From a virus (Duplodnaviria; Caudoviricetes): a stretch of 64,000 nucleotides of DNA. The DNA is taken from positions 1 through 64,000 of IMG/VR virus record IMGVR_UViG_3300021400_000128; one strand, written 5' to 3'. The notes under the pieces were generated by a model. That model saw nothing but the letters and a program-made list of their open reading frames with translations, had not been told where the DNA came from and ran no database searches. Position 1 is the stretch's first letter; every line of letters begins with the position of its first letter. Shown piece after piece: positions 18,103 to 25,380 of this stretch. Made by a program: the position numbers and the translations under genes.

Positions 18103-18570
18103 TTAGAAAGGGAGGTCTTCCGGGAAGTCGTATTGTCCCTGATTCATCTGCTGCGTTTGCGTTTTCTGCGCTTGCTGCTGCGGCTGATTCTGTTGGTTCT
18201 GTTGCCCGAAGGTCTTATATCCGGCAATTACACGAACAGTCTCGGCTGAGACATCGAAAGCAGCACCATACGTGCCATCAGCGCGTTGAAACAGCTTCGG
18301 GCTTCCCGTTGCAGGATCACAGATCAAACGCCCTTCTACGTAAGCTGTGGAGCCCTTCTGAGCATATTTACTGATGTAATCAGCAGTCGCTCCGTAACAG
18401 GTTACACGGAACCATGTGGTTTCTGTTTTCTTTCCGGTCTGTTGCTGTTGCTTCTGTGACAAAGTTCTGTCTGTTGCCAACGCAAATGTAGTAACCGGAG
18501 ATCCATCTGGCATAAAACGAGCTTCAGGGTCACGACCAAATTTTCCAATCAAAGTAAGTTTCTGTACCAT
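18103..18570 (-). CDS. ssb: single-stranded DNA-binding protein
   Basis: LIG..GRDPE.R, ETTWFRV, KGS..YVEGRL, Q-rich linker, acidic DLPF tail. Confidence 0.92.
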   Translation of the reverse strand: MVQKLTLIGKFGRDPEARFMPDGSPVTTFALATDRTLSQKQQQQTGKKTETTWFRVTCYGATADYISKYAQKGSTAYVEGRLICDPATGSPKLFQRADGTYGAAFDVSAETVRVIAGYKTFGQQNQQNQPQQQAQKTQTQQMNQGQYDFPEDLPF

Positions 18571-18653
18571 AATTAAAATTCATCCTTTCAATTTTTTATT
18601 CATTACTATCTTCGGGGCTGAAGAACATCAGCCCCGTTGTTGCCATTTTTGGA

Positions 18654-19397
18654 TTAAAAACCGCCCTGCTTTTTAGCAGTGTCAAAGAGCAGATATATCG
18701 CGGTGATGCGGTTTTGTAAGTTTTCCTTTTGAGAAGGTGTCAGTCCATTGCGTTTCAGAGCATCGGTCATCGAGCTAAGAAGTTCAAAAAGTTCCTGAAC
18801 CTTCATTTCACCGTAAGTTTTGCCATCTTTTGACTGAAAAGACTCGGCTTCTTCTAATGTCATAGATGTTTTGAAGTTTGCTGGTAAACTAAATTTTTTG
18901 AGCATAACTTCATCGCCTGGATAATCACTTCTTTCAGTCTGCGGAGCAGTCTTCTTTACTGATTTCTCAGGCGTTGTCGCATCTGGATCGATTAATTCCT
19001 TAGTAGGAATATTGAAGACCTGAAACAGCGCATATTTACATGCAGCCGACATCGCTTTATTGGAACTTTTATCAGCACTGTCCATGCCTTCACTTTGTAC
19101 CACTGCAGATACATGGGAGCCATCTTCAGCATAGAATGTGTATTTCACTTTCAGGACACTGTAGATCAGGTTTCCGCCTTTTGCAGTTGTGCGCTCCTCA
19201 CGCTTTGCATCAACCACTTCCGGAACGTAGAATACACCGTACTTTGGAAGCAGATTCTGCAATGCGTTCATTACGTCATCGATTCCCCGGTATGCGTACC
19301 CTTGCTGAGAATTACGCTGATCCTTACCAATCGCAGGGCATTCTTTCATGATCGATGCGATTTTTCCGTAAATCAAAGGGATAGAATTGTTTTCCAT
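18654..19397 (-). CDS. ERF-family single-strand annealing recombinase
   Basis: K...N..QGY.YRGIDDV, EG.DS.DK..NKAMS.A.KYAL...F.I and DPDA motifs. Confidence 0.85.
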   Translation of the reverse strand: MENNSIPLIYGKIASIMKECPAIGKDQRNSQQGYAYRGIDDVMNALQNLLPKYGVFYVPEVVDAKREERTTAKGGNLIYSVLKVKYTFYAEDGSHVSAVVQSEGMDSADKSSNKAMSAACKYALFQVFNIPTKELIDPDATTPEKSVKKTAPQTERSDYPGDEVMLKKFSLPANFKTSMTLEEAESFQSKDGKTYGEMKVQELFELLSSMTDALKRNGLTPSQKENLQNRITAIYLLFDTAKKQGGF

Positions 19398-19576
19398 TTC
19401 AAATTACCTCTCATTCAAATTATTTTTTTTACATTAACGGCTGCCCGGCAATCGAACTGAGAACAACAACTGCCAAGAATGCCGAAAAAAGTACTAATCC
19501 GATTTTTGCGACAAAAGGATGAATAATTTCATCGTCCGTTTCAGTATCAGGTTTTCGATAACTCAAATCGATCATG

Positions 19577-19792
19577 TTAATCTCCTTCTGTCGTAAGTAA
19601 TTTGATGACATGGGCTCGCCATTTACTGATGATGTACTCTCTGCTGTATTTCAGTCCTTCTATAGGTCTGAATGGTTTAAAATCCGTTGTCAGATCACAG
19701 GAAAGGAAGCTCTCAGCCGTCCGGTCACTGCAATGAGCTGGAACAACACCACACTGAGGACACCAAGATTTACAGTATTTGCAAAGCCCCAT
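19577..19792 (-). CDS. hypothetical Cys-rich protein
   Basis: GGAGG RBS; 71 aa. Confidence 0.55.
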   Translation of the reverse strand: MGLCKYCKSWCPQCGVVPAHCSDRTAESFLSCDLTTDFKPFRPIEGLKYSREYIISKWRAHVIKLLTTEGD

Positions 19793-19809
19793 GTCAACCT
19801 CCTTTGGAA

Positions 19810-19989
19810 TCAGGCGATTCCCATGTATTCGCGATCCACTCCAAGCTGAATGAATTTGTTCAGCATTGACATGAAGCGATTCTCGAAATCAGCTCCGGTT
19901 TCGTTATCGCCGATTTCGTAGTATTCCTTTGCTGTGATATACAGGACATCAGCTTCTTCAAACATTGCTTCGACTGATTCAAGATTCAT
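19810..19989 (-). CDS. small hypothetical protein (not in the ORF track)
   Basis: AGGAG RBS, MNLESVEAMFEEAD...GIA (59 aa); first gene after the promoter at 20089. Confidence 0.6.
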   Translation of the reverse strand: MNLESVEAMFEEADVLYITAKEYYEIGDNETGADFENRFMSMLNKFIQLGVDREYMGIA

Positions 19990-20054
19990 TTTTCAACTCC
20001 TAAGGTTTGGTTCGTGCTCGCTCCGCCAAGATACTTGCACTTGTTTTTAATGAT

Positions 20055-20103
20055 GTAATAATTTTATTATTATTTGTAATATTTGTCAAGTGTATATTAC
20101 ATT
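20055..20103 (-). promoter_or_regulatory. sigma70 promoter for the early replication operon
   Basis: TTGACA(20089-20084)-17 bp-TAAAAT(20066-20061). Confidence 0.65.
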
Positions 20104-20167
20104 TTTATTATATTTTGAAATTTATCAAATACTTTCATAACTATAAGAAATTTTTATATTACAGATT

Positions 20168-20202
20168 AAAAAAAAGCGTTGATATAACTCAACGCTTTTT
20201 TT
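20168..20202. terminator. bidirectional terminator-like hairpin after xis
   Basis: AAAAAAAGCGTTGA..TCAACGCTTTTTTT. Confidence 0.65.
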
Positions 20203-20221
20203 ATTGTCTATATTAAAAATT

Positions 20222-20455
20222 TCAGATGTTCGCTGCTGATATTCGCCAAGTATTACCAATTTTTACAGCTGGGATATCTCCTGTATGGATGCGGTTATAT
20301 ATTGTCTGTGGTGTCACAGACATAATAGAAGCATATTCTTTAATACTGTAATATGGCTTATTTCCGCCCAATTTCATTGCAGCGATCTGTAATTCAAGCT
20401 GTTCAATTCGTATTTCCAGCTCCGTTATTTTCCTGGTACATTGGATGTCGTTCAT
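20222..20455 (-). CDS. xis: excisionase-like HTH protein
   Basis: YYSIKEYA..M.V...TIY..I..G.IPAVKIG..WRI (HTH_17 type). Confidence 0.75.
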   Translation of the reverse strand: MNDIQCTRKITELEIRIEQLELQIAAMKLGGNKPYYSIKEYASIMSVTPQTIYNRIHTGDIPAVKIGNTWRISAANI

Positions 20456-20457
20456 AT

Positions 20458-20646
20458 TTAGTCCTCGTAGAATATCTTCCAATCAACATTAAAATGTTCT
20501 GCTAATAATTTCGCATTTTTTATCGTCAGAATTCTGATTCCTTTCTCTATCTGGCAATAGCCTGATTGTCCAATACCTAATATAGCCGCAACTTCACTTT
20601 GCGTTAGATTTTTTTCTTTTCGAAAATCTTTTAAGTTCATTTTCAC
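20458..20646 (-). CDS. cro: Cro-like XRE repressor
   Basis: LK.FR....LTQ.EVA..LGI....Y..IE.G; divergent from cI. Confidence 0.85.
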   Translation of the reverse strand: MKMNLKDFRKEKNLTQSEVAAILGIGQSGYCQIEKGIRILTIKNAKLLAEHFNVDWKIFYED

Positions 20647-20649
20647 CTC

Positions 20650-20760
20650 ATCACTGTAATTATATCACATTTTGTAATATTTTTATGGTTTATAACAATT
20701 TTCGTATTCAATACTATTATTATCTTGAATTATTACTATTAGTGATATAATAATATAAAA
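20650..20760. promoter_or_regulatory. cI/cro switch region with palindromic operators
   Basis: ATATCAC-ATTTT-GTAATAT (20662-20680) and TATTAC-TATTA-GTGATA (20731-20747), consensus ATYAC-N5-GTRAT. Confidence 0.6.
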
Positions 20761-20778
20761 AAGGAGAGGAGGCTTGTC

Positions 20779-21438
20779 ATGAATCCGATAAAATTTTTTA
20801 GAAAAAAAGCTGGATTATCTCAATCAGACTTAGCTCAGAAAATGAATGTTGTTCAAGGTACAGTCTCGCTTTGGGAAAGTGGAAAAAGAAGTCCGTCTCT
20901 GGAAGATATCATTAAATTATCAGAGATTTTGAGTATATCACCTGAAAATCTCTTAAAGTCGGATATTTCTACGACCGAAGAAAACTTTAGAGAAATCAAT
21001 ATTAAATCTGTTCCTGAATTTACAGAAGAAGCATTTACTGTTCCTGTTGTAGCCTCACTCCGTTGTGGATATAATTCATCCGGTCATCCTATCTTTGACG
21101 TATTAAAAAAAGAAGAACTTCCACCATCTTATAAAAAAAGATATGGAGCTGATATTGTCCTGGTCAAAGCTGTTGGTGATTCCATGCTGCCATCGATCCG
21201 TCCGCGTGATATGCTGATCTGTAAACCAGGAACAGGATGGAGTAATGGCGACATCGTAGTTGTGAATGTAGATGATTCCGACACAATTAAAAGAATCTTT
21301 CATGCTAAAGATGGTGGTATCGATCTGAAACCAGACAATGAAAAATTCAAAACAATGCATTTCACACCGGAGGATTTAGTAAATTATCCGCCGCATGTTC
21401 TCGGTCGTGTCGTAAGAAACTACGGTCAGGATTTATAA
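20779..21438 (+). CDS. cI: CI-like repressor, XRE HTH + S24 peptidase
   Basis: N-terminal HTH (LSQ.DLA..M.V...TVS.WESG.R.P); CG putative autocleavage site; GDSM and KR catalytic motifs. Confidence 0.92.
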   Translation: MNPIKFFRKKAGLSQSDLAQKMNVVQGTVSLWESGKRSPSLEDIIKLSEILSISPENLLKSDISTTEENFREINIKSVPEFTEEAFTVPVVASLRCGYNSSGHPIFDVLKKEELPPSYKKRYGADIVLVKAVGDSMLPSIRPRDMLICKPGTGWSNGDIVVVNVDDSDTIKRIFHAKDGGIDLKPDNEKFKTMHFTPEDLVNYPPHVLGRVVRNYGQDL

Positions 21439-21554
21439 AAAAAAACACGGTGATTGCTTTTTATAAAGGATTATAAATTGTATTATTATTCTTTATAATT
21501 TGTCTTATTTTTAATAATTAACAAGTGCATTTTAGAGATATTTTTCTATTATAT

Positions 21555-21597
21555 CTCTTAATCAGCGTGTTCGGGGTTCGAGTCCCCGATGGGTCAC
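21555..21597 (+). other. attP core: 3' half of tRNA-Lys(CTT)
   Basis: CTCTTAA anticodon loop, ATCAG, T arm TCGGGG-TTCGAGT-CCCCGA, TGGGTCA; no 5' half; lies directly upstream of the integrase. Confidence 0.8.
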
Positions 21598-21698
21598 TTA
21601 ATTTTTTAAGCTCCGCCAAGATTCTTAAAAAATTAGTCGTAATATTGATTAATTTGCACTTGTTAACCCACTTAATTATTATTTAAGGTAGGTAAGCA

Positions 21699-22652
21699 AT
21701 GGCAAAGGTTATCCGAAAAAACACGCTGACACCTGAAAAAACCAAAATTTCAGATGCGTATGAGTTATTCTTAGGTTCCAGGAAGACTTCTTGCGCTGAT
21801 AAGACGTATAAAATTTATCACGATTTAGGCAGTCGGTTTATTGTTCCCTCTCTTACAGCTTTATCGGTAACAGGTTACATGGATGATGTAACTGCTGTTG
21901 TATTGCGTGCATCTATAAATGAGTACGATCAATCTCATACGAAAGGTGGAGCATGGTTTATATACCGTCATTTGAAAGTCTTTATTAATTGGTATTGGGA
22001 AGAAAATGACATTGAAACGCCTAATCCAATTAAAAAGATAAAAATCAAGAAACCGAAAACCCCACCGAAGCAAGGTATCACCCGTGAAGAAATTGATAAA
22101 TTACTGAAGGCAGCGAAGGAGCAGATTTTTCCTGAAAGAGATACTGCAATGCTTATGATTCTGTCAGATACAGGGATTCGTCTATCTTCTTTAATGGGAT
22201 TAAAGATCGGTGATGTAAATGTTGCTAAGTCTCAATTTGTAGTCTTTGAGAAAGACCAGGATTTTCATATAAAATCTTTCGGAACGTCGACCGGGAAAGC
22301 AATAAAGAAATATTTGAATTGTCTTGAAGATACCAATCCAGAAGATCCATTTTGGTTCAAAACAGATGGAAACCCAATGACAGAAGCAGGAATGAAACAA
22401 GCTTTGCGCCGATTATGTAAGGATGCTGGAATCGAGCTTCACCTTTTTCATGATTTCCGCCGATTCTATGGTTTGGAATTGTACAAAAAGACTCATGATA
22501 TCTATTTTGTTTCCCGTGCTTTGGATCATAAAGATATTGAGGTAACAAAAAGATATCTTGCTATTGATGCAATAGAAGACGCAGAAGCTATTAGATTCAT
22601 GTCACCTATGGATAACAAGGGTACAGTCACGGTAAAGCGCAAAAAAAGATAA
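21699..22652 (+). CDS. int: tyrosine integrase
   Basis: DTGIR, HDFRR, LDH and TKRY catalytic residues. Confidence 0.92.
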   Translation: MAKVIRKNTLTPEKTKISDAYELFLGSRKTSCADKTYKIYHDLGSRFIVPSLTALSVTGYMDDVTAVVLRASINEYDQSHTKGGAWFIYRHLKVFINWYWEENDIETPNPIKKIKIKKPKTPPKQGITREEIDKLLKAAKEQIFPERDTAMLMILSDTGIRLSSLMGLKIGDVNVAKSQFVVFEKDQDFHIKSFGTSTGKAIKKYLNCLEDTNPEDPFWFKTDGNPMTEAGMKQALRRLCKDAGIELHLFHDFRRFYGLELYKKTHDIYFVSRALDHKDIEVTKRYLAIDAIEDAEAIRFMSPMDNKGTVTVKRKKR

Positions 22653-22654
22653 TA

Positions 22655-22704
22655 AAAAAAAACAGAGCGTCAGTTTTTCCCGAATGACCACGCTCTGTTT
22701 TTTG
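22655..22704. terminator. terminator hairpin after int
   Basis: AAAAAACAGAGCGT..ACGCTCTGTTTTTT. Confidence 0.65.
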
Positions 22705-22794
22705 CAGTTTTCCAACTGCGGGTTTACCGTATGGATATTTTAACACAATTTATTGGTTTGTGTCGAATTTCTGTTTTCTTTTTGATTTTCATTC

Positions 22795-22828
22795 AAAAAA
22801 AAGCACCTCATTACAAGGTGCTTTATTT
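22795..22828 (-). terminator. terminator closing the tRNA transcript
   Basis: AAAGCACCT..AGGTGCTTT with a T-tract on the minus strand. Confidence 0.55.
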
Positions 22829-22935
22829 GGAATCCATAGAAGGTCGAAAGGTAAGTAGTTGAAAGACCGACGGATTCTTATGCCATCGTAATGGCTATTT
22901 CAGAAGCTATCATGAACAATGATCAATGATCTTAG

Positions 22936-23019
22936 TGGCGATTGGTGGACTCGCACCACCGAAGGGCGTTGCCCGGCTGATTTACAGTCAGATCCCTTTG
23001 CTGCTCGGGACAAACCGCC
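22936..23019 (-). tRNA. tRNA-Tyr(GTA)
   Basis: Anticodon loop CTGTAAA, long variable arm, T loop TGCGAGT (variant), acceptor GGCGGTT/AATCGCC. Confidence 0.8.
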
Positions 23020-23067
23020 ATAAAAGATGATTACCGTGCATACCTATGTCACAATGGCAGTAAACTC

Positions 23068-23141
23068 GACCACCAACGGCAGGATTCGAACGTGCTCCTG
23101 TAATCATCCACTGCATCATTCTGGTATGATACCACCCGCGC
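23068..23141 (-). pseudogene. degenerate tRNA-like relic
   Basis: T-arm-like GCACG-TTCGAAT-CCTGC, but no coherent D or anticodon arm. Confidence 0.35.
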
Positions 23142-23184
23142 TAACATTATTTTTAAGCAGGACTGAATCGCGCTTGTCCTTCTG

Positions 23185-23272
23185 CGGGTGGTGCAGGATT
23201 CGAACCTGCGATGGGCTATTCACCATAGATAGTTTCGATGCATCCGTCTTCAGCCGCTCGACCAACCCACCC
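23185..23272 (-). tRNA. tRNA-Ser(CGA), possibly degenerate
   Basis: GGTCGAGCGG D arm, CGA anticodon in an imperfect stem, long variable arm, GCAGG-TTCGAAT-CCTGC, G discriminator. Confidence 0.65.
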
Positions 23273-23310
23273 TAAAGCGACATTTTTGCGGAAAATATCG
23301 CTAAACCGTC

Positions 23311-23383
23311 GGATGATATAGTCACAACACAATTAGGGCCACCGTCGGTCGTGAACACGGCATGAAGCCGAATTTCGTCATCC
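23311..23383 (-). ncRNA. tRNA-3'-associated three-way-junction element, copy 1
   Basis: GGATGA/TCATCC closing stem enclosing CGGC-TTCAT-GCCG and TCACGAC/GTTGTGA hairpins. Confidence 0.55.
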
Positions 23384-23388
23384 TTTAG

Positions 23389-23461
23389 CCGGGCAGATTG
23401 GCTTTGCACCAATGACCTTCTCTTCTTCAGAGAGACGCTCTACTGACTGAGCTACCACCCG
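23389..23461 (-). tRNA. tRNA-Phe(GAA)
   Basis: GCTC/GAGC D stem, TCTCT-CTGAAGA-AGAGA anticodon arm, variant T loop TGCAAAG. Confidence 0.8.
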
Positions 23462-23535
23462 TAAAGCGACACTTTTTTGCGCTGCATGGAAAGTCTCGCT
23501 GAACCACTGCCTTAATGGAGGTCTAATGCGCATAC

Positions 23536-23594
23536 GGATGATATAGTCACCACCGGGGCACGTGAACACGGCATGAAGCCGAATTTCGTCATCC
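23536..23594 (-). ncRNA. tRNA-3'-associated three-way-junction element, copy 2
   Basis: 36-nt and 16-nt blocks identical to copy 1; different third-hairpin loop. Confidence 0.55.
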
Positions 23595-23597
23595 TTG

Positions 23598-23670
23598 TTG
23601 CGGTGGATTGGAATCGAACCAATGTCCTTCTGGTTATGAGCCAGACGCGCTGCCTCTGCGCTACCCCGCA
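23598..23670 (-). tRNA. tRNA-Met(CAT), initiator-like
   Basis: TGCGGGG..CCGCAA acceptor, TCTGG-CTCATAA-CCAGA, ATTGG-TTCGATT-CCAAT. Confidence 0.8.
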
Positions 23671-23773
23671 ATGAAGCTTGACTTTTTTAGGGAAAGTCAA
23701 GCTGAAAACCCTCCAAACTAACAACAAACTTAAGAAAGGAATGCCTAAATGAACGAAATCGCTATTTAGCTAA

Positions 23774-23860
23774 ATCCTGTGTGCGGACTCGAACCGCAAT
23801 TGATGGTATTCACCATCTTCACACCTGATCCAGTTGCCTTTCTCACTGCTCTCACAGGAT
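23774..23860 (-). ncRNA. tRNA-like element with aberrant D/anticodon region
   Basis: ATCCTGTG/CACAGGAT closing stem, GATGGT-GAAT-ACCATC arm, TGCGG-TTCGAGT-CCGCA T arm. Confidence 0.5.
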
Positions 23861-23864
23861 CATC

Positions 23865-24385
23865 TTATTTTTCGTCCGATATGGTAAAGATGTAAACCGT
23901 ATCAGACTGGCTCATCAAATTCGCGATTTCGATGAGCTTTGTTCTCCGGTCTGGATTTGCACCAGATGTTGCCTTGGGTGTACTGCGCCTTACTGTACAA
24001 TGCTGCCGGTGGTGATAACGCTTTCGCTCCCACTAACATCAGCCAGATTCGAACTGACTTTTCCCAAGACTTCTCCTTTTTGAGTACCGGAGAATGCAAG
24101 CGTTTTGTAGTGTCATATCATCGGAGTTGATTTCACACTTCCAGGCAAGCTTACTTTTCCTTTATTATCCTTTGTTTGGATAATCGATCAGTTTTGTTTT
24201 CTCTGTCCCAACTCTGCTCGGTCACATTTCTGCTCCTATCGTCTTTTGCGTCCAATGGGCAACTTAGCGTACTCGGCAACTTAGGGTACTGATAACGGGT
24301 AACTGATTCACCCTTAGACCAGAATCGGTACGCCGTAAGAGAGAGAACCCTTTTGGAGAGTCAAGATCGACGTTTCCGGTCAATG
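23865..24385 (-). ncRNA. candidate large structured non-coding RNA
   Basis: No credible ORF; many hairpins, nested long-range helices and two T-loop hairpins; starts just downstream of TGCTATAAT. Confidence 0.55.
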
Positions 24386-24387
24386 TT

Positions 24388-24422
24388 TATATTATAGCAG
24401 ATTGTTTTGATTTTGTACAGAT
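24388..24422 (-). promoter_or_regulatory. extended -10 promoter for the ncRNA/tRNA unit
   Basis: TGCTATAAT at about 24399-24391. Confidence 0.55.
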
Positions 24423-24751
24423 ATTAGTTTTAATGTTCTTTATTCGATTACGAATTAATATAATAACTGTTATCATATTTTTGTACTGTGATTTTAAATT
24501 TATCGAAATCGAAACGTTTAAAAATGAGTTGAATATTTTCTACTCAAAAAATTCAACTCATTTTTGAAAAGTGTCGTTGATTTTCAATTTAATAATTTCT
24601 TGTATGATAACTATTGTTTTTTATACAAAAAAAGAGTCTGTTTCCAAGCTCGTAAATTTGATTAGCTGTCTCCTAAATTACATCATATCTCGCGCCAGGA
24701 TCAATTCTGCTGGCTTTTGTATATTCAGATAAACAACTTTACACATTCGAT

Positions 24752-24783
24752 AAAAAAACCCCGGAAATTAACGCTCCGGGGTT
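24752..24783 (-). terminator. terminator at the end of the tail operon
   Basis: AACCCCGGA..TCCGGGGTTTTTTT. Confidence 0.7.
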
Positions 24784-24793
24784 AATTTGATGG

Positions 24794-24931
24794 TTATTCT
24801 CCAAGAATCTCAGTACATTCTTCAACTGTGATCCATTTGCCGACAGCTTTTCTTACTCTGGATTCATTCCAGAGTCCACGGTCATAGTATCCTTTTACAA
24901 GATCAAATTTAGGACTGTGATTGTTTGTCAT
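24794..24931 (-). CDS. XkdX-family small protein (not in the ORF track)
   Basis: MTNNHSPKFDLVKGYYDRGLWNESRVRKAVGKWITVEECTEILGE. Confidence 0.75.
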   Translation of the reverse strand: MTNNHSPKFDLVKGYYDRGLWNESRVRKAVGKWITVEECTEILGE

Positions 24932-25023
24932 TATGCTTCTCCTTCCAACATCAAAAGATAATCGATATCCGCCTGAATGCGGTCAAACCAGGGCTTTAAA
25001 AGCCAATGTAAAAATGATCTCAT
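24931..25023 (-). CDS. 30-aa mini-protein (not in the ORF track)
   Basis: GAGGAGG RBS; MRSFLHWLLKPWFDRIQADIDYLLMLEGEA; coupled on both sides. Confidence 0.55.
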   Translation of the reverse strand: MRSFLHWLLKPWFDRIQADIDYLLMLEGEA

Positions 25024-25370
25024 ATTTCCTCCTCTGTAATCATAAGCAGATAATCAATATCCGCTCTTGCTTGCTCAGTTTCTGTTTCGAGTGCTTCGTT
25101 CTCCATCGTCAAGAAGTCAACATCAGCACGAAGCTGATCTGTTTCCGTCGGTTCTGGCATAGGGAGCTCGTCGATATCTGATTGTATTTCTTCTGTTGTA
25201 CGCAGAATAATCTCTTCATCATCGTCTTTGTAAAGCGGGATACCATGCTCTTCATAGGCATCACCCGGTATTTCACCGACCAACCAGCTTTCATCGGGTT
25301 CAATGTCTTCACTCCAGTCACAACAAGGATGTACTCTGTGCATTTCATCAATTGTATAAAATATTTTCAT
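25020..25370 (-). CDS. XkdW-like tail fibre assembly protein
   Basis: Likely start MKIFYT; C-terminal coiled coil (LRADVDFL..ARADIDYLLM); lies between the fibre gene and xkdX. Confidence 0.6.
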   Translation of the reverse strand: MKIFYTIDEMHRVHPCCDWSEDIEPDESWLVGEIPGDAYEEHGIPLYKDDDEEIILRTTEEIQSDIDELPMPEPTETDQLRADVDFLTMENEALETETEQARADIDYLLMITEEEI

Positions 25371-25380
25371 ATTCTGCTCC

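Noticed and set aside
21555-21597. Complete tRNA-Lys gene
   Set aside because: The 5' acceptor strand and D arm are missing; the position next to int fits an attP core.
23311-23550. Group I intron (GATGATATAGTC resembles the S element)
   Set aside because: It is on the strand opposite the tRNAs, has no matching P/Q/R core, and the tRNAs are not interrupted.
23378-24099. Minus-strand ORFs over the tRNA/ncRNA region
   Set aside because: They overlap clear tRNA genes and structured RNA, and lack RBS or protein-like features.
15855-24290. CRISPR array (repeats at 15855-15925, 23311-23596 and 24258-24290)
   Set aside because: Only two copies each, no regular unique spacers and no cas genes.
23865-24385. 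RNase P RNA or tmRNA
   Set aside because: No GAGGAAAGTCC/P4 pseudoknot and no GGGG..CCACCA ends or tag ORF recognisable.
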